Positions 30,314-40,905 of a stretch of DNA of 64,000 nucleotides are shown here, one piece after another. The first letter of the stretch is position 1. Every line of letters starts with the position of its first letter. The stretch comes from Candidatus Woesearchaeota archaeon (GTDB lineage: Archaea > Nanobdellota > Nanobdellia > SCGC-AAA011-G17 > GW2011-AR20), in contig JAGVYZ010000014.1 in assembly GCA_018303025.1 (NCBI GenBank), positions 21,145-85,144 of the forward strand, written 5' to 3'. The position numbers and the translations under genes are program-made. The notes beneath the pieces were generated by a model that was not told the origin of the DNA, searched no databases, and was given only the letters and a program-made list of their open reading frames with translations.

Positions 30314-31360
30314 ATGTCAGAGATATATTTAGGTTTTGGAGAGAAATTAACAATTGAACAAGGAAAAGAAGGAAGAACTTTTTCATTATATTTGCCTGGC
30401 AAACCAGAAGTTAGTACAAAAGAAATAAAACCAAATCCTCATGTTTGGCTTAAAAAAATAGAGGAATTGAGAAGAACAGGAAGTGTAGAAATCTCTGGAA
30501 ATGAAACACCTGTTGTAACACATTCTGCTGGTTCAATTTCTGTTTTTTATGAAAATGGAGAAAGAAAATATGTATCTTTTTCTCAAAAAGATGAAAGTGC
30601 ACCAAGAGATCCTGGATTTAGGGTTCCGAGAAATGGATTTCCCAGTAATTCTGGAGAGTGGTTTACAAATAGACATTTATATAGAGAAAGTTGGGAAGAA
30701 GGAATCTTTTTAACAGAAGATGGAAGATTAGTCTTGCCAAAGAGTCCTATATACGATTATATAATAAAAAATGTTGCAAAAAGAATAGTAGAACAAACTG
30801 GTTTAAAGATTCGAGGAAGTAAAAGAACAAAGATAAATTTTGAAAATGGAAAAGATACGCTCGAAATTTTTTATGGACCTGAAAAAAAATGCATGTTATT
30901 TGATTATGGGGCAATTAGTTGGACACCTGAAACTGGTTTTAATTTTATAAAAGAAATGGCCGTTTATGCTCCCATCTCTGATTTAAGATTAATTGATGGA
31001 GAAACATTTCCAGATGGAAAGGTAATTGGAAGAGACATATGTATTATTGATTTAGAACAGTTGCAGGGAAAAACATTTGGAGATGAAATAGAAGAAGAAG
31101 TTCATTCTTTTAGGGATGGAAAATTTGTAAGAACAAAACGAAATTCTAGATTTTTAACCGACAGAGTACCAAGATCATTCTTAAGCTCATTAATATATAA
31201 AGGAAAACCAGTTTATCCTGCTGATGCTATTGATGAAGCTTATGCATTTGTTTCAGATGAACAGGTATTAAGAACATTTGATGAACATGAAGCCAAAGGA
31301 GAAGATCCAAATAAGTTTAAATGGTCCACTTTAGAAAGAAAATTAAGATTAGGGGAATAA
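30314..31360 (+). CDS. Hypothetical protein with a divergent Nudix-like domain
   Basis: SAGSI...QKDESAPRDPG...NGFPSNSGE...RESWEEG resembles a stretched Nudix box. Confidence 0.5.
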   Translation: MSEIYLGFGEKLTIEQGKEGRTFSLYLPGKPEVSTKEIKPNPHVWLKKIEELRRTGSVEISGNETPVVTHSAGSISVFYENGERKYVSFSQKDESAPRDPGFRVPRNGFPSNSGEWFTNRHLYRESWEEGIFLTEDGRLVLPKSPIYDYIIKNVAKRIVEQTGLKIRGSKRTKINFENGKDTLEIFYGPEKKCMLFDYGAISWTPETGFNFIKEMAVYAPISDLRLIDGETFPDGKVIGRDICIIDLEQLQGKTFGDEIEEEVHSFRDGKFVRTKRNSRFLTDRVPRSFLSSLIYKGKPVYPADAIDEAYAFVSDEQVLRTFDEHEAKGEDPNKFKWSTLERKLRLGE

Positions 31361-32236
31361 ATGATATCAATTGTAATAACCTCATTTAAAGAACCTAAAA
31401 CAATAGGAAAAGCAATAGAAGCAATTCTAAATCAGAAGATAAATGATGATTATGAATTAATTGTTGCTGCTCCTGATGATGAAACATTAGATGTTGCTAA
31501 AAAATATAAAAAAGTTACTATTTTTAAAGATCCTGGGAAAGGAAAAAGTTTTGCCTTGAACTTATTATTTAAAAAATTAAAAAGTGATATCTTAGTTTTT
31601 ACTGATGGAGATGTTTTCTTAGGTGAAAATTCAATTAATGGAATATTAAAAATATTTGAAGATGAAAAAATAGGAGTTGTTTCAGGAAGACCGGTTTCTG
31701 ATGATAATAAAAAAAATATGTTTGGATATTGGTCTCATTTATTGTTAGATGCTGGTGCACATAATATAAGAAAGAAACTATTTACAAAAGGAAAATTTTT
31801 AGAATGCACTGGTTATTTGTTTGCTTTTAGAAACAAAATTGTTGATAAAATTCCATTAGATGTTGCTGAAGATTCTTATATTCCTTATGTTTTCTGGAAA
31901 AAGGGATATAATATAGGTTATTGTGAGGATGCTAAAGTTTACATAAAAAATCCAACTAATTTAAAAGATTGGTTAAAACAAAAGGCAAGGACTTCTAAAG
32001 CTCATGAAACATTACAACATTATGCTCCTGATTTTCCAAGAGTTAAATCTTTTACAAATGAAGTGTTATATGGCGTATTTTGGGCTTTGAGTTATCCTAG
32101 AACTATAAAAGAGTTCTTTTGGACCTTAAATTTATTTTTTATTAGATTTTATATGTGGATGTTAGTTTTTGTTGATACTAAGTTTAAGAAGAAAACTTAT
32201 AGTGATGGCTGGGAAAGAGTTGAAAGTACTAAATAA
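31361..32236 (+). CDS. Glycosyltransferase family 2
   Basis: GKSFALN, FTDGD, AED, QKAR. Confidence 0.88.
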   Translation: MISIVITSFKEPKTIGKAIEAILNQKINDDYELIVAAPDDETLDVAKKYKKVTIFKDPGKGKSFALNLLFKKLKSDILVFTDGDVFLGENSINGILKIFEDEKIGVVSGRPVSDDNKKNMFGYWSHLLLDAGAHNIRKKLFTKGKFLECTGYLFAFRNKIVDKIPLDVAEDSYIPYVFWKKGYNIGYCEDAKVYIKNPTNLKDWLKQKARTSKAHETLQHYAPDFPRVKSFTNEVLYGVFWALSYPRTIKEFFWTLNLFFIRFYMWMLVFVDTKFKKKTYSDGWERVESTK

Positions 32237-32270
32237 AAAGCATTTTAAATTAGAATATTTTTAGTTATTT

Positions 32271-33803
32271 ATGACATTTGAAGAAAAAACAAGAGAATTT
32301 TTCAAAGATAAAGAAAATAGATACTTGGCTTTAATTTTGATTTTTGCTTTTTTAATAAGATTATTTTATTTCATGAAAACTTTTCAACAGCCATTATGGT
32401 GGGATGAAGCAGAATATATGTCCATGGCTAAAAGCTTGTTCTTTAATATTCCTTATGAATTTAATAGCCAAAGACCAATATTATTCCCATTATTAGAAGG
32501 AATTGTAATGTGGATATTTGCTAAAAGTGAATTTATGGTAAGATTGTTGCTTGTATTTTTGCCATCACTTGCTTTGGTTTATGTTTCATATTTATTAGGA
32601 AAAGAAATGTTTGACAAGAAAATAGGATTATTTATTGCATTTTTAACTTCTTGTTCATGGATTATCTTGTTTAATACGACAAGGATACATACTGATATTT
32701 TAGCTATGCTACTTATTTATACTGCTATTTTAATTTTATGGAAATATGTTAAAAATGAAGAGAAAAAGTATTTATGGTTGATTGGAATTTTGATTGTATC
32801 TTCTTTTATGATAAGACTGGTTTCTGCTTTAATGGGATTTGTAATTTTAATATTCTTGCTATTGATTTACAAACTTGATTTTTTAAAAGAAAAAAAATTA
32901 TGGATAGCGGTTATTCTAGGAATTTTATTATTAATGCCTTACTTAGTTTGGAGCCATTATACTTTCAATAATGCAACTGCTTTTTTATCAGGTTCTCATA
33001 TAACCAGCGGAACAGAAGGCAAATATAGTGAAATTGGATGGCATGTACTAACAGATATTTTTCCATGGTTATTTGGAATATCTCCTGGAAATTGGAATAT
33101 TACAAGTCTTAACGGATTTTTTTCAGTTATGGCATTTTTGCTATTTTTTATAGGTTTTATTTTTACATTAAGCCTGATTTTTATTAAAATTGATACTTTG
33201 ATAAAGAAAGGCAAAGAGTTTAAAGATAAAGAAAACTTGTTTTTACTATTGTGGATTATATCCTATATGGCTTTTTTTGTATTTTTAATCAAAGATGTAG
33301 AAGACAGATGGCTAATGCCTCTTGCTTTTGCTTTGTTTGCTTTAATAGCGCAAGTTGTTTTTTATATTAGGGAAGAGATTAAAAATGTTAACTTGAAAAA
33401 AGCCCTTGTTATAATTGTTTTGTTTGGATTTTTCTTTGTAAACTTTGTTACTGCTGATAATGTAATTCAAAGTAAGGTAACGAGCTATGGGCCTGTAAAA
33501 GATTCTGCATTATGGGTTAAAGAAAGAACAAATCCAGGTGATATCGTGATTACACAATCATCTACACAGTATACTTATTATGCTGAAAGGCAAATTATAA
33601 AATTTAATTCCAATGCTTCTGCATTTGAAGAAGATTTAGTTAAATATAAGCCAAAATATGTTGTTGCATCTGCATTTGAAGGTCATCCTGCCTGGGTGTT
33701 TAATTATTTGCAAGAAAATCAAAATAGATTCATAACTGTGCAGGGTTACATGATGAATGAGAACCAGCCTGCTTTAATTGTTTATGAAGTTAAATATTCT
33801 TAA
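32271..33803 (+). CDS. GT-C fold (PMT_2/ArnT-like) membrane glycosyltransferase
   Basis: LWWDEAEY, RP, EDRWLMP; multiple TMs. Confidence 0.85.
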   Translation: MTFEEKTREFFKDKENRYLALILIFAFLIRLFYFMKTFQQPLWWDEAEYMSMAKSLFFNIPYEFNSQRPILFPLLEGIVMWIFAKSEFMVRLLLVFLPSLALVYVSYLLGKEMFDKKIGLFIAFLTSCSWIILFNTTRIHTDILAMLLIYTAILILWKYVKNEEKKYLWLIGILIVSSFMIRLVSALMGFVILIFLLLIYKLDFLKEKKLWIAVILGILLLMPYLVWSHYTFNNATAFLSGSHITSGTEGKYSEIGWHVLTDIFPWLFGISPGNWNITSLNGFFSVMAFLLFFIGFIFTLSLIFIKIDTLIKKGKEFKDKENLFLLLWIISYMAFFVFLIKDVEDRWLMPLAFALFALIAQVVFYIREEIKNVNLKKALVIIVLFGFFFVNFVTADNVIQSKVTSYGPVKDSALWVKERTNPGDIVITQSSTQYTYYAERQIIKFNSNASAFEEDLVKYKPKYVVASAFEGHPAWVFNYLQENQNRFITVQGYMMNENQPALIVYEVKYS

Positions 33804-33871
33804 TTAAATTTCCAGAATATATAACTAAACAGACTAAAAGTTTATAAATACTATAAGGAATATTTTAAAAA

Positions 33872-34864
33872 ATGAAATTTTCTGTTATAATCCCTGTAAG
33901 AAAGATATGTGAATATACCTATGAGGCTATTCCTTATTTTAAAGAGCAATCATACAAAGATTTTGAAATAATTATTGTATCAGAAGCAGATGAAGAAAAG
34001 AAATTCTACAAAACCAAAATAATTAAAGTTGGAAGAATTCCGCCTGCTGAAAAAAGAAATTTGGGAGCAAAATATGCAAAAGGCGAAATTCTTGCTTTTA
34101 TTGATGATGATGCTTATCCTGAAAAAGATTGGCTGCAAATTGCTTTCAAAAATTTTCAGGATAAAGAAATTATTGCAATTGGTGGACCTGGACTTGTGCC
34201 AAAAAATGCAACTTTTTTTCAAAAAATCTCAAGCAAGGTATATGACTTAAGCTCTGAAAAAACAGGCATTAGGTACAAAAAAGGCAAGAAGCAAGAAATT
34301 GATGATTGGCCTACCTGTAATTTTTTTGTAAGAAAGAATGAATTTATGAAAATTGGGGGTTTTGATTCAAAATACTGGGGTGTAGAAGACACACTCTTAT
34401 GCCATTCCCTTTCAAAGATAGGGAAAAAAATGATATATAATCCTGAATTAATTGTTTATCATCATCCAAGAAAAACTTTAAAGCAACACCTTAAACAAAC
34501 TTTCTTTTGGGGGATGTGGAGGGGTTTTTTTATAAAAAAACATTTAAATCAGGCATTTAATCCATTATTTTTTATACCTTCTGCATTTGTAATCTGGCTT
34601 ACAGCCGGAGGATTAATTTCTTTGACAAATAGATATTTTGCTGGTGTTTATTGCATATCTATTTTATTATATTTTATTTATCTCATAATAGCTGGAATAA
34701 GAACAAAAAAAATAAGTTTTTTTATACCCGTAGTGTTCTTGATGCTTTTAACTCATCTCTCTTATGGAATCGGATTTTTAAGAGGCCTATTTTCTTTTAG
34801 AAATGGTCCGACAAAACAAACTTTAAATCCTTCTGAAAAGTTAAAAATAGGGGCAAAAATATGA
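33872..34864 (+). CDS. Glycosyltransferase family 2 with C-terminal TMs
   Basis: KRNLG, FIDDD, GGFD, VED. Confidence 0.9.
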   Translation: MKFSVIIPVRKICEYTYEAIPYFKEQSYKDFEIIIVSEADEEKKFYKTKIIKVGRIPPAEKRNLGAKYAKGEILAFIDDDAYPEKDWLQIAFKNFQDKEIIAIGGPGLVPKNATFFQKISSKVYDLSSEKTGIRYKKGKKQEIDDWPTCNFFVRKNEFMKIGGFDSKYWGVEDTLLCHSLSKIGKKMIYNPELIVYHHPRKTLKQHLKQTFFWGMWRGFFIKKHLNQAFNPLFFIPSAFVIWLTAGGLISLTNRYFAGVYCISILLYFIYLIIAGIRTKKISFFIPVVFLMLLTHLSYGIGFLRGLFSFRNGPTKQTLNPSEKLKIGAKI

Positions 34865-35838
34865 AAATTAGCATAATTCTTCCCACTTATAATAATGAAA
34901 AAACAATTGAAGAATGCCTTAAAAGTATATTTATGCAGGATTTTGAAGAGAAAGAATTTGAAGTGCTTTTCATTGACGGAGGCAGTTCTGATAAAACCAT
35001 AGAAATTTCTAAAAAATTTCCAGTAGTATTTTTAAAAAATCCAAAAAGAAACGAAGAAGCAGCAAGAATTCTTGGAATAAAAAAAGCAAAAGGAGAGATA
35101 ATTACCTTCATTGATGCAGATAATGTTCTTAAAGAAAAAGACTGGCTAACTAGAATGATAGAGCCTTTTGAAGATAAAGAAATCGCTTTTGCGGATACAT
35201 TATACTTTTTTTACAGAAAAAATGACAAGATTAGAGTCAAATATCAGGCATTAATAGGAGGAGATGACCCGCTAGTTATGTATCTTGGATTTTATTCTAG
35301 ATGGTGTTATCTGAAATCAGACTGGACAGATTATCCTTATTCTTTTGAAGATAAGGGTAATTTTTTAAAAATAAGATTAAAAAACAAAAACAAAGTTCCT
35401 GCAATGGGTTCAAATGGTTTTTTAGTGAGAAAATATTTAGCAAAAATGTTGATAAGAGAAAGCTTTATTCATCCTGACTTTGTTTTTGATCTTGTCAATA
35501 ATGGGCATAATTGCTTTGCAAAAGTCAGAATAGGCATTGTTCACAATCAACCAAAATTTTTCCCAAATAAAATAAGAAGAATTAAACGAAGATTAGACAA
35601 AGAAGTAACTATGAAGTACAATTATGGTCTGACAAAAAAGAATATTATTAAAAAAATGATTTATATTGGACTGATTTTACCTGTTTTTTATGATACGATT
35701 AAAGGTTTTATCAAAAAACCTTGCTTAGCGTGGTCTTTTCATCCTGTTGCTTGTTTTGGAGAGATTTTTTTGCATGTATTTTATAATTTAAAATATATTG
35801 TAATGCCTAAATTTAAAAGAAAGGAGAACATTAAATAG
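34861..35838 (+). CDS. Glycosyltransferase family 2
   Basis: PTYN, DGGSSD, FIDAD. Confidence 0.9.
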   Translation: MKISIILPTYNNEKTIEECLKSIFMQDFEEKEFEVLFIDGGSSDKTIEISKKFPVVFLKNPKRNEEAARILGIKKAKGEIITFIDADNVLKEKDWLTRMIEPFEDKEIAFADTLYFFYRKNDKIRVKYQALIGGDDPLVMYLGFYSRWCYLKSDWTDYPYSFEDKGNFLKIRLKNKNKVPAMGSNGFLVRKYLAKMLIRESFIHPDFVFDLVNNGHNCFAKVRIGIVHNQPKFFPNKIRRIKRRLDKEVTMKYNYGLTKKNIIKKMIYIGLILPVFYDTIKGFIKKPCLAWSFHPVACFGEIFLHVFYNLKYIVMPKFKRKENIK

Positions 35839-35859
35839 AGATTTATACTAAGAATATTT

Positions 35860-36978
35860 TTATTTTTCAAACAATCGTTTTATACTTTCTTTATCATATC
35901 TTAATGAATTTAATAAATTACATTGATGAGTACAAACACATGATTTTGTTTTATTTCTTATTTCATTTGCTTTGTCGCTTGTCCATAATTTATGAAAATC
36001 CCATCCAAAATCATTTAAATTAGCAAAAGGTTTTGTAAACTCGCAAATGCTGACATCACCACTAGGGTAAACTATTGCATCAACATAACCTGCTGTGCAG
36101 TTCATGAATCTTTTTTTCTCATCTAAAACCCTGATAAAATAATCATTGACTAATTCTATTGATTTTGATAATAAATGAGAATCTCCTTTATCCATCTTCT
36201 TGACTAATTCTTGTAGTTTAAGCATTTCTTCTTTTGATAAAACATTATCAGAGCTATCAAAATCACTTAGAATATTCTTATCGATATTGAAAACATGCTG
36301 GCTTGCGCTTCGGACAAACTGGATTCCATGAAAAACGTTTAGTTTTTTTGTTTCTTCTATAAAAGATTCAATATATGGATAATTTTTCTTAGAAACAGTT
36401 GTGGAAATGCTTAAACTTAATTTTGGATTTTTTATTTGCTTCAATTTATTCAGTGTTTCTATAGCCTTTTTATACGTACCTTTTACACCTCTTATTTTAT
36501 CATGAACTTCTTCTGGGCCGTCCAAAGATATTTGAACAGCTACATCTAAATTTGTTTTATTTAGAATTTCCTTTACTTTTTGGAAAATTATATCGGGCAA
36601 TGTCCCATTTGTAGCTAAAATTATTTTTTTTGTTCTTGCCTTATCTAATAAAATGCAGATTTCAACTATGTCTTTTCTGAGAAATGTTTCTCCGCCTGTC
36701 AAAACAACTGAAATTAATGGATTTTTTAAACTTTGGACTAATTTTTTTATGTCTTCTAAAGAGGTTTTTTCTTCTTTGTTTAAATGACCTGCATAAAAGC
36801 AATGACTGCATTTTAAATTACAATTGTCTGTTAAAAACAAGTTAATAATAATGGGTGTTTTTGCGCTATTTTTTTCTTTTAGAACTGAATAATAAACTAA
36901 TTCTAAAGAAAGATTCTTCAGAGGACTAGGCAGATTCTTTATTATTTTATACGCCTTTTCTCTTAAGTTAGATTTCAT
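35860..36978 (-). CDS. Radical SAM protein with SPASM/twitch domain
   Basis: CNLKCSHC, TGGE, SLDG, HDKIRG; C-terminal CTAG...CEF...CVCTHQC. Confidence 0.9.
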   Translation of the reverse strand: MKSNLREKAYKIIKNLPSPLKNLSLELVYYSVLKEKNSAKTPIIINLFLTDNCNLKCSHCFYAGHLNKEEKTSLEDIKKLVQSLKNPLISVVLTGGETFLRKDIVEICILLDKARTKKIILATNGTLPDIIFQKVKEILNKTNLDVAVQISLDGPEEVHDKIRGVKGTYKKAIETLNKLKQIKNPKLSLSISTTVSKKNYPYIESFIEETKKLNVFHGIQFVRSASQHVFNIDKNILSDFDSSDNVLSKEEMLKLQELVKKMDKGDSHLLSKSIELVNDYFIRVLDEKKRFMNCTAGYVDAIVYPSGDVSICEFTKPFANLNDFGWDFHKLWTSDKANEIRNKTKSCVCTHQCNLLNSLRYDKESIKRLFEK

Positions 36979-37948
36979 TTTTTATAAAATCTGGATTTTC
37001 TCTTCTTATTCTTAATGTTTCAGCCAGATGCATTAAATTCCACCAATAGGCTTTAAGTAAGTTTCTATAAGAATAAATTACCAAAATCAATATTTTTTTT
37101 ATTTTTCCACAATCTTTCTTTTTTTGACTTTTATCAAGCCAAGCGACTTTTTCCAATGGTTTTTGTGAAAATTCCTTTATTCTTGCTGGAAGCAATTTAA
37201 ATGCATAATAAATATCAATTAAGGGAAGGAAAATCAGGAAATAGAATTTTTCTTTTTTTATTAGAAATCTGATACGATTTTTGTGAAAGAGGAAAAAATT
37301 AGAAGTTCTGCCTGTGTTTGAAACATGATGATAAGCTGCAATTTTATCATCCATAATGCATTTTAAACCCTTTTTTCTTACTCTCCATCCAAGATCATTG
37401 TCTTCATATCCATAAATGTAATATGGGTCAAAACCACCCAGTTCTTTTAACAAAGATAAAGGCATAATACAATTAGAAGTAGGAACATAATCTGTTTCTT
37501 TCATTTTTAAACTGTCAAACCAGGAGAATAAACCATCTCCATTTCTTTCACTATTGCCCAGCCTGATTTTTCCATTAATTATTTCTCCACCTAGCTGTCC
37601 AATTTTTTTTCTTTCATTTGATTCCATTAGATTTAACATTAATTGCAATGTATTTTCTGATTTAAGTTCTGCATCTGAATCTAGAAATAAAACATATTTT
37701 GACGTTATAATCCTTAATGCTTGGTTTCTTGCTTCACTTGCACCAATATTGGAACTATTTAAAATAAGTTTTAGCCTTGAATTTAATTTTTGTTTTAAAT
37801 TTTTTAAAAATTCTCTTGTACCATCTTTGCTTCCATTATCTACTATGATTATTTCATAATCTTCATAATTTTGAGATAAAATGCTATTAATGCACCTCTC
37901 TAAATCATCTTTTCTGTTAAAAGAAGGTATTACTATGCTTAAATTCAT
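36968..37948 (-). CDS. Glycosyltransferase family 2
   Basis: VDNGSKD, ARN, FLDSD, GGFD, YED. Confidence 0.9.
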   Translation of the reverse strand: MNLSIVIPSFNRKDDLERCINSILSQNYEDYEIIIVDNGSKDGTREFLKNLKQKLNSRLKLILNSSNIGASEARNQALRIITSKYVLFLDSDAELKSENTLQLMLNLMESNERKKIGQLGGEIINGKIRLGNSERNGDGLFSWFDSLKMKETDYVPTSNCIMPLSLLKELGGFDPYYIYGYEDNDLGWRVRKKGLKCIMDDKIAAYHHVSNTGRTSNFFLFHKNRIRFLIKKEKFYFLIFLPLIDIYYAFKLLPARIKEFSQKPLEKVAWLDKSQKKKDCGKIKKILILVIYSYRNLLKAYWWNLMHLAETLRIRRENPDFIKNEI

Positions 37949-37949
37949 T

Positions 37950-38657
37950 TTAGTCTAAAAAACGATACTTTAACAAGTAATATAAAGCTTTCATTCCGTC
38001 TTTCCAAGTAATCTTTTTGCCTTCATCAAATTTTCTAGGGCTATAAGTTATTGGGACTTCTTTTATTTTCATGCCTTTTTTTAGAAATTTAGCAGTTATT
38101 TCCGGCTCAAAATCAAATCTTGTTGCTTTTAATTTAATATTGTTTAATGCTTCTTTCTTAAAAACTTTATAGCCTGTTTCCATATCTGTTATTTTTGAAA
38201 AAAACAGCAACTGAGTAATAAAACTTAAGAATTTATTTCCAATAAAGTGCAAAGGAAGGATTGTTGACTTTGTTTTAAATTTGCTAGTTAGATTAAAACC
38301 CATAAACCTAGAACCATAAACAACAGATGTTTCATTAGACAATATTGGTTTTAATAGAGAAGGATAATCTTCTGGTGAATATTCCAAATCTGCATCTTGT
38401 ATTAAAATAATATCTCCTGTTGCTTCTTTAAGACCTGTTTTAATTGCTGAACCCTTACCTTTATTTTTTGGATGAAATAGAACAATATATTTCTTAGTAT
38501 ACTTTTTTAATAATTCTCTTGTACCATCCTTAGAAAAATCATCTATGAGGATTATCTCTTTTTTTATATTCTTTAATTCAATTTTTTCTATTCTTGAGAT
38601 TATCTCTTCAATTGTTTCTTTCTCATTATAAATGGGTATTATGATTGATAGTTTCAT
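37950..38657 (-). CDS. GT2, dolichol-phosphate mannosyltransferase-like
   Basis: NKGKG, QDADLEY, YGSRF, TDMETGYK, FEPE. Confidence 0.9.
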   Translation of the reverse strand: MKLSIIIPIYNEKETIEEIISRIEKIELKNIKKEIILIDDFSKDGTRELLKKYTKKYIVLFHPKNKGKGSAIKTGLKEATGDIILIQDADLEYSPEDYPSLLKPILSNETSVVYGSRFMGFNLTSKFKTKSTILPLHFIGNKFLSFITQLLFFSKITDMETGYKVFKKEALNNIKLKATRFDFEPEITAKFLKKGMKIKEVPITYSPRKFDEGKKITWKDGMKALYYLLKYRFLD

Positions 38658-38667
38658 TTTAACATAA

Positions 38668-40056
38668 TTAGTTTAGTAACCACCTAAAAACTCTTTTAAA
38701 AACATATTTTGCATGATTAAATGAATTTATAGAACTTATAAAATCAATAACAATTTTAGGCCTAAAGTAAAATTTTATTAGTGCCTTTCTTCTGAGAAAT
38801 TTTAATTGCTTAAGTGTAATTCCTCTTGGAGAATAAGCAACGGTATTTAGGGCAAAATTTTCCCATTTTAGGTCTTTATTTTTTAATTCTTCCATGATTC
38901 TTGAACTAGCTTCTGTTCCTGGAAACGGCTTGAAGGTCATGAAGCTTGCCCTTTTTAGAGGAAGTGAGCAAGCAAAGCCTATTGTTTCATCAATATCTTT
39001 TATTGTTTCATCTGGATAACCTAAAATAAAAAAACCTACTGTATCCAAGCCTGCCTTATCCAGCATATTTAATTTTTCTCGGATAATTTCTTTGGACAGA
39101 CTCTTTTTCATGATTTTAAGGATTCTATCAGAACCAGACTCGATGCCTACGCTAACTGTATACAATCCTGTCTTTTTCATTAATTTTACAAGTTCTAAGT
39201 CTAACGAGTCTAAACGAATGCCATTTGGGCAAGCCCAGGTAATGTCTAATCTTCTTTTTATTAATTCATTACAAAAATCAATAACAAATTCTCTTTTTAA
39301 TGAAAAGTTATCATCTTCAATATGAATTTCATTTATACCATATTGCTTGTGCAATAATTCTATTTCATCTACAAAATTTTTAACAGACCTGTATCTTATT
39401 CTCCTTCCTGATATTAAAAATCCAGCACAGAAAGTACAGTGATAAGGACAACCGCGAGTTGCAAAAACAGGTGCTGTAGGCATTCTTTTAAAGAATGCGC
39501 CGTGCGGTGCTTGGGGATATGTATCTGGTTTAAGAAGATCCCAACTTGGATTCTTTAATTCATCTAAATTTTCTATGAACCTTTGTTGATTAACCTTTAT
39601 TTTGGATTTATCTTTCCAAATTAAAGAGGGAATTTGCTCTAATTTTATTTTCTTACCTGAAATATTGTCCATTAAGGCAGGAAATCCAATTTCTGCTTCT
39701 CCTTTGAATCCAAAATCTGCATGCAAATAATTAAAAATGTCTTTTATATTAGAAGAGGGTTCTGGACCTCCAACAATAATAATTATATCCTTATTAATAA
39801 TTCTTGAAAGATTTATCATCTCTTTTACAGTATGCTTATCAAAAGTATAGCATTGAATGCCTATAACATCATAATTTTCTTTTTCAAGCTCATCTTTAAA
39901 TTTCTGCAATGTTAATTTTTCTTTTATACCATCAATTATGGTTACATCGTGCTTATCTCTGACTGCTGTTGCCAAGTAACCCAAACCTAAAGGTGGCTGA
40001 ATTTCATCAGTAACTGAAAATGGCTTGATTAATAATATTTTTAATTTTTTATTCAT
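38668..40056 (-). CDS. B12-binding domain radical SAM protein
   Basis: PPLGLGY, GGP, TRGCPYHCTFC, GIESGS, PFPGT. Confidence 0.9.
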   Translation of the reverse strand: MNKKLKILLIKPFSVTDEIQPPLGLGYLATAVRDKHDVTIIDGIKEKLTLQKFKDELEKENYDVIGIQCYTFDKHTVKEMINLSRIINKDIIIIVGGPEPSSNIKDIFNYLHADFGFKGEAEIGFPALMDNISGKKIKLEQIPSLIWKDKSKIKVNQQRFIENLDELKNPSWDLLKPDTYPQAPHGAFFKRMPTAPVFATRGCPYHCTFCAGFLISGRRIRYRSVKNFVDEIELLHKQYGINEIHIEDDNFSLKREFVIDFCNELIKRRLDITWACPNGIRLDSLDLELVKLMKKTGLYTVSVGIESGSDRILKIMKKSLSKEIIREKLNMLDKAGLDTVGFFILGYPDETIKDIDETIGFACSLPLKRASFMTFKPFPGTEASSRIMEELKNKDLKWENFALNTVAYSPRGITLKQLKFLRRKALIKFYFRPKIVIDFISSINSFNHAKYVFKRVFRWLLN

Positions 40057-40074
40057 AATTTCTCCGTAGTAAAT

Positions 40075-40905
40075 TTATAGTTTTAGAATATTATTTAAAT
40101 CTTTCTTCAGATCAGAAGAGATTTTACAAGGATTATTTTTTAAAATGCTTATCCTATCAATATCTAAACCATCTACATCAAAGGGCAAGATTATCTTAAA
40201 GAATTTCAACAAAAACATAGGAATGTGTACTTTAATGCACCAAGAATTGCTTTTTTCAGCCAAATAATTGCTTATTTCATTTAATGAAATTGTTGTTTTA
40301 CCAGATAAATCAAATGTTGATTTTGCTTTGAAATGTTCAACAAGAAAAACAACTGTTTTAGCAATATCCTGTTTATTAACTGGTTGAATATTTGTATTTC
40401 CCCTGCCATATATTGGGCAAATATGCATATTTTTTATTATTATGCTTAATTTGTAAAAGTCATTTTCCTTATCAATACCATATACATAGTTAGGTCTTAA
40501 AATAATGTAATTTAAATTACTATTAACCAAAAGTTTTTCACATAATTTTTTTGAGTTACCATAAGGCCCTGTTTTTTTAAGATAAACATTCTGAGTTGAA
40601 AAATAAATTATATTTGTTATTTTATTTAATTTCATGGATTCTAAGGTATTACTTAGACCTATAATATTTTGATTATATTTTGATTTTTTTATTGTTCTTA
40701 TTACTGCAGCTAGATAGATAATTAAATCAAAGCCTTTGATTTTTTTTATTAACTCTTCTTTGTTTAAAATATTGCAAGAAATAACATCTTTTTTAACTGA
40801 TCTTGATAATATTGTTACATTATAGTTTTTACTAATTAATTCTTTAACAATTTCCTTTCCGATATAACCGGAACCACCTATAACCAAAATTCTCTTATTT
40901 GCCAT
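40075..40905 (-). CDS. NAD-dependent epimerase/dehydratase (atypical SDR)
   Basis: GGSGYIG, YGNSK, LRPNYVYG. Confidence 0.85.
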   Translation of the reverse strand: MANKRILVIGGSGYIGKEIVKELISKNYNVTILSRSVKKDVISCNILNKEELIKKIKGFDLIIYLAAVIRTIKKSKYNQNIIGLSNTLESMKLNKITNIIYFSTQNVYLKKTGPYGNSKKLCEKLLVNSNLNYIILRPNYVYGIDKENDFYKLSIIIKNMHICPIYGRGNTNIQPVNKQDIAKTVVFLVEHFKAKSTFDLSGKTTISLNEISNYLAEKSNSWCIKVHIPMFLLKFFKIILPFDVDGLDIDRISILKNNPCKISSDLKKDLNNILKL

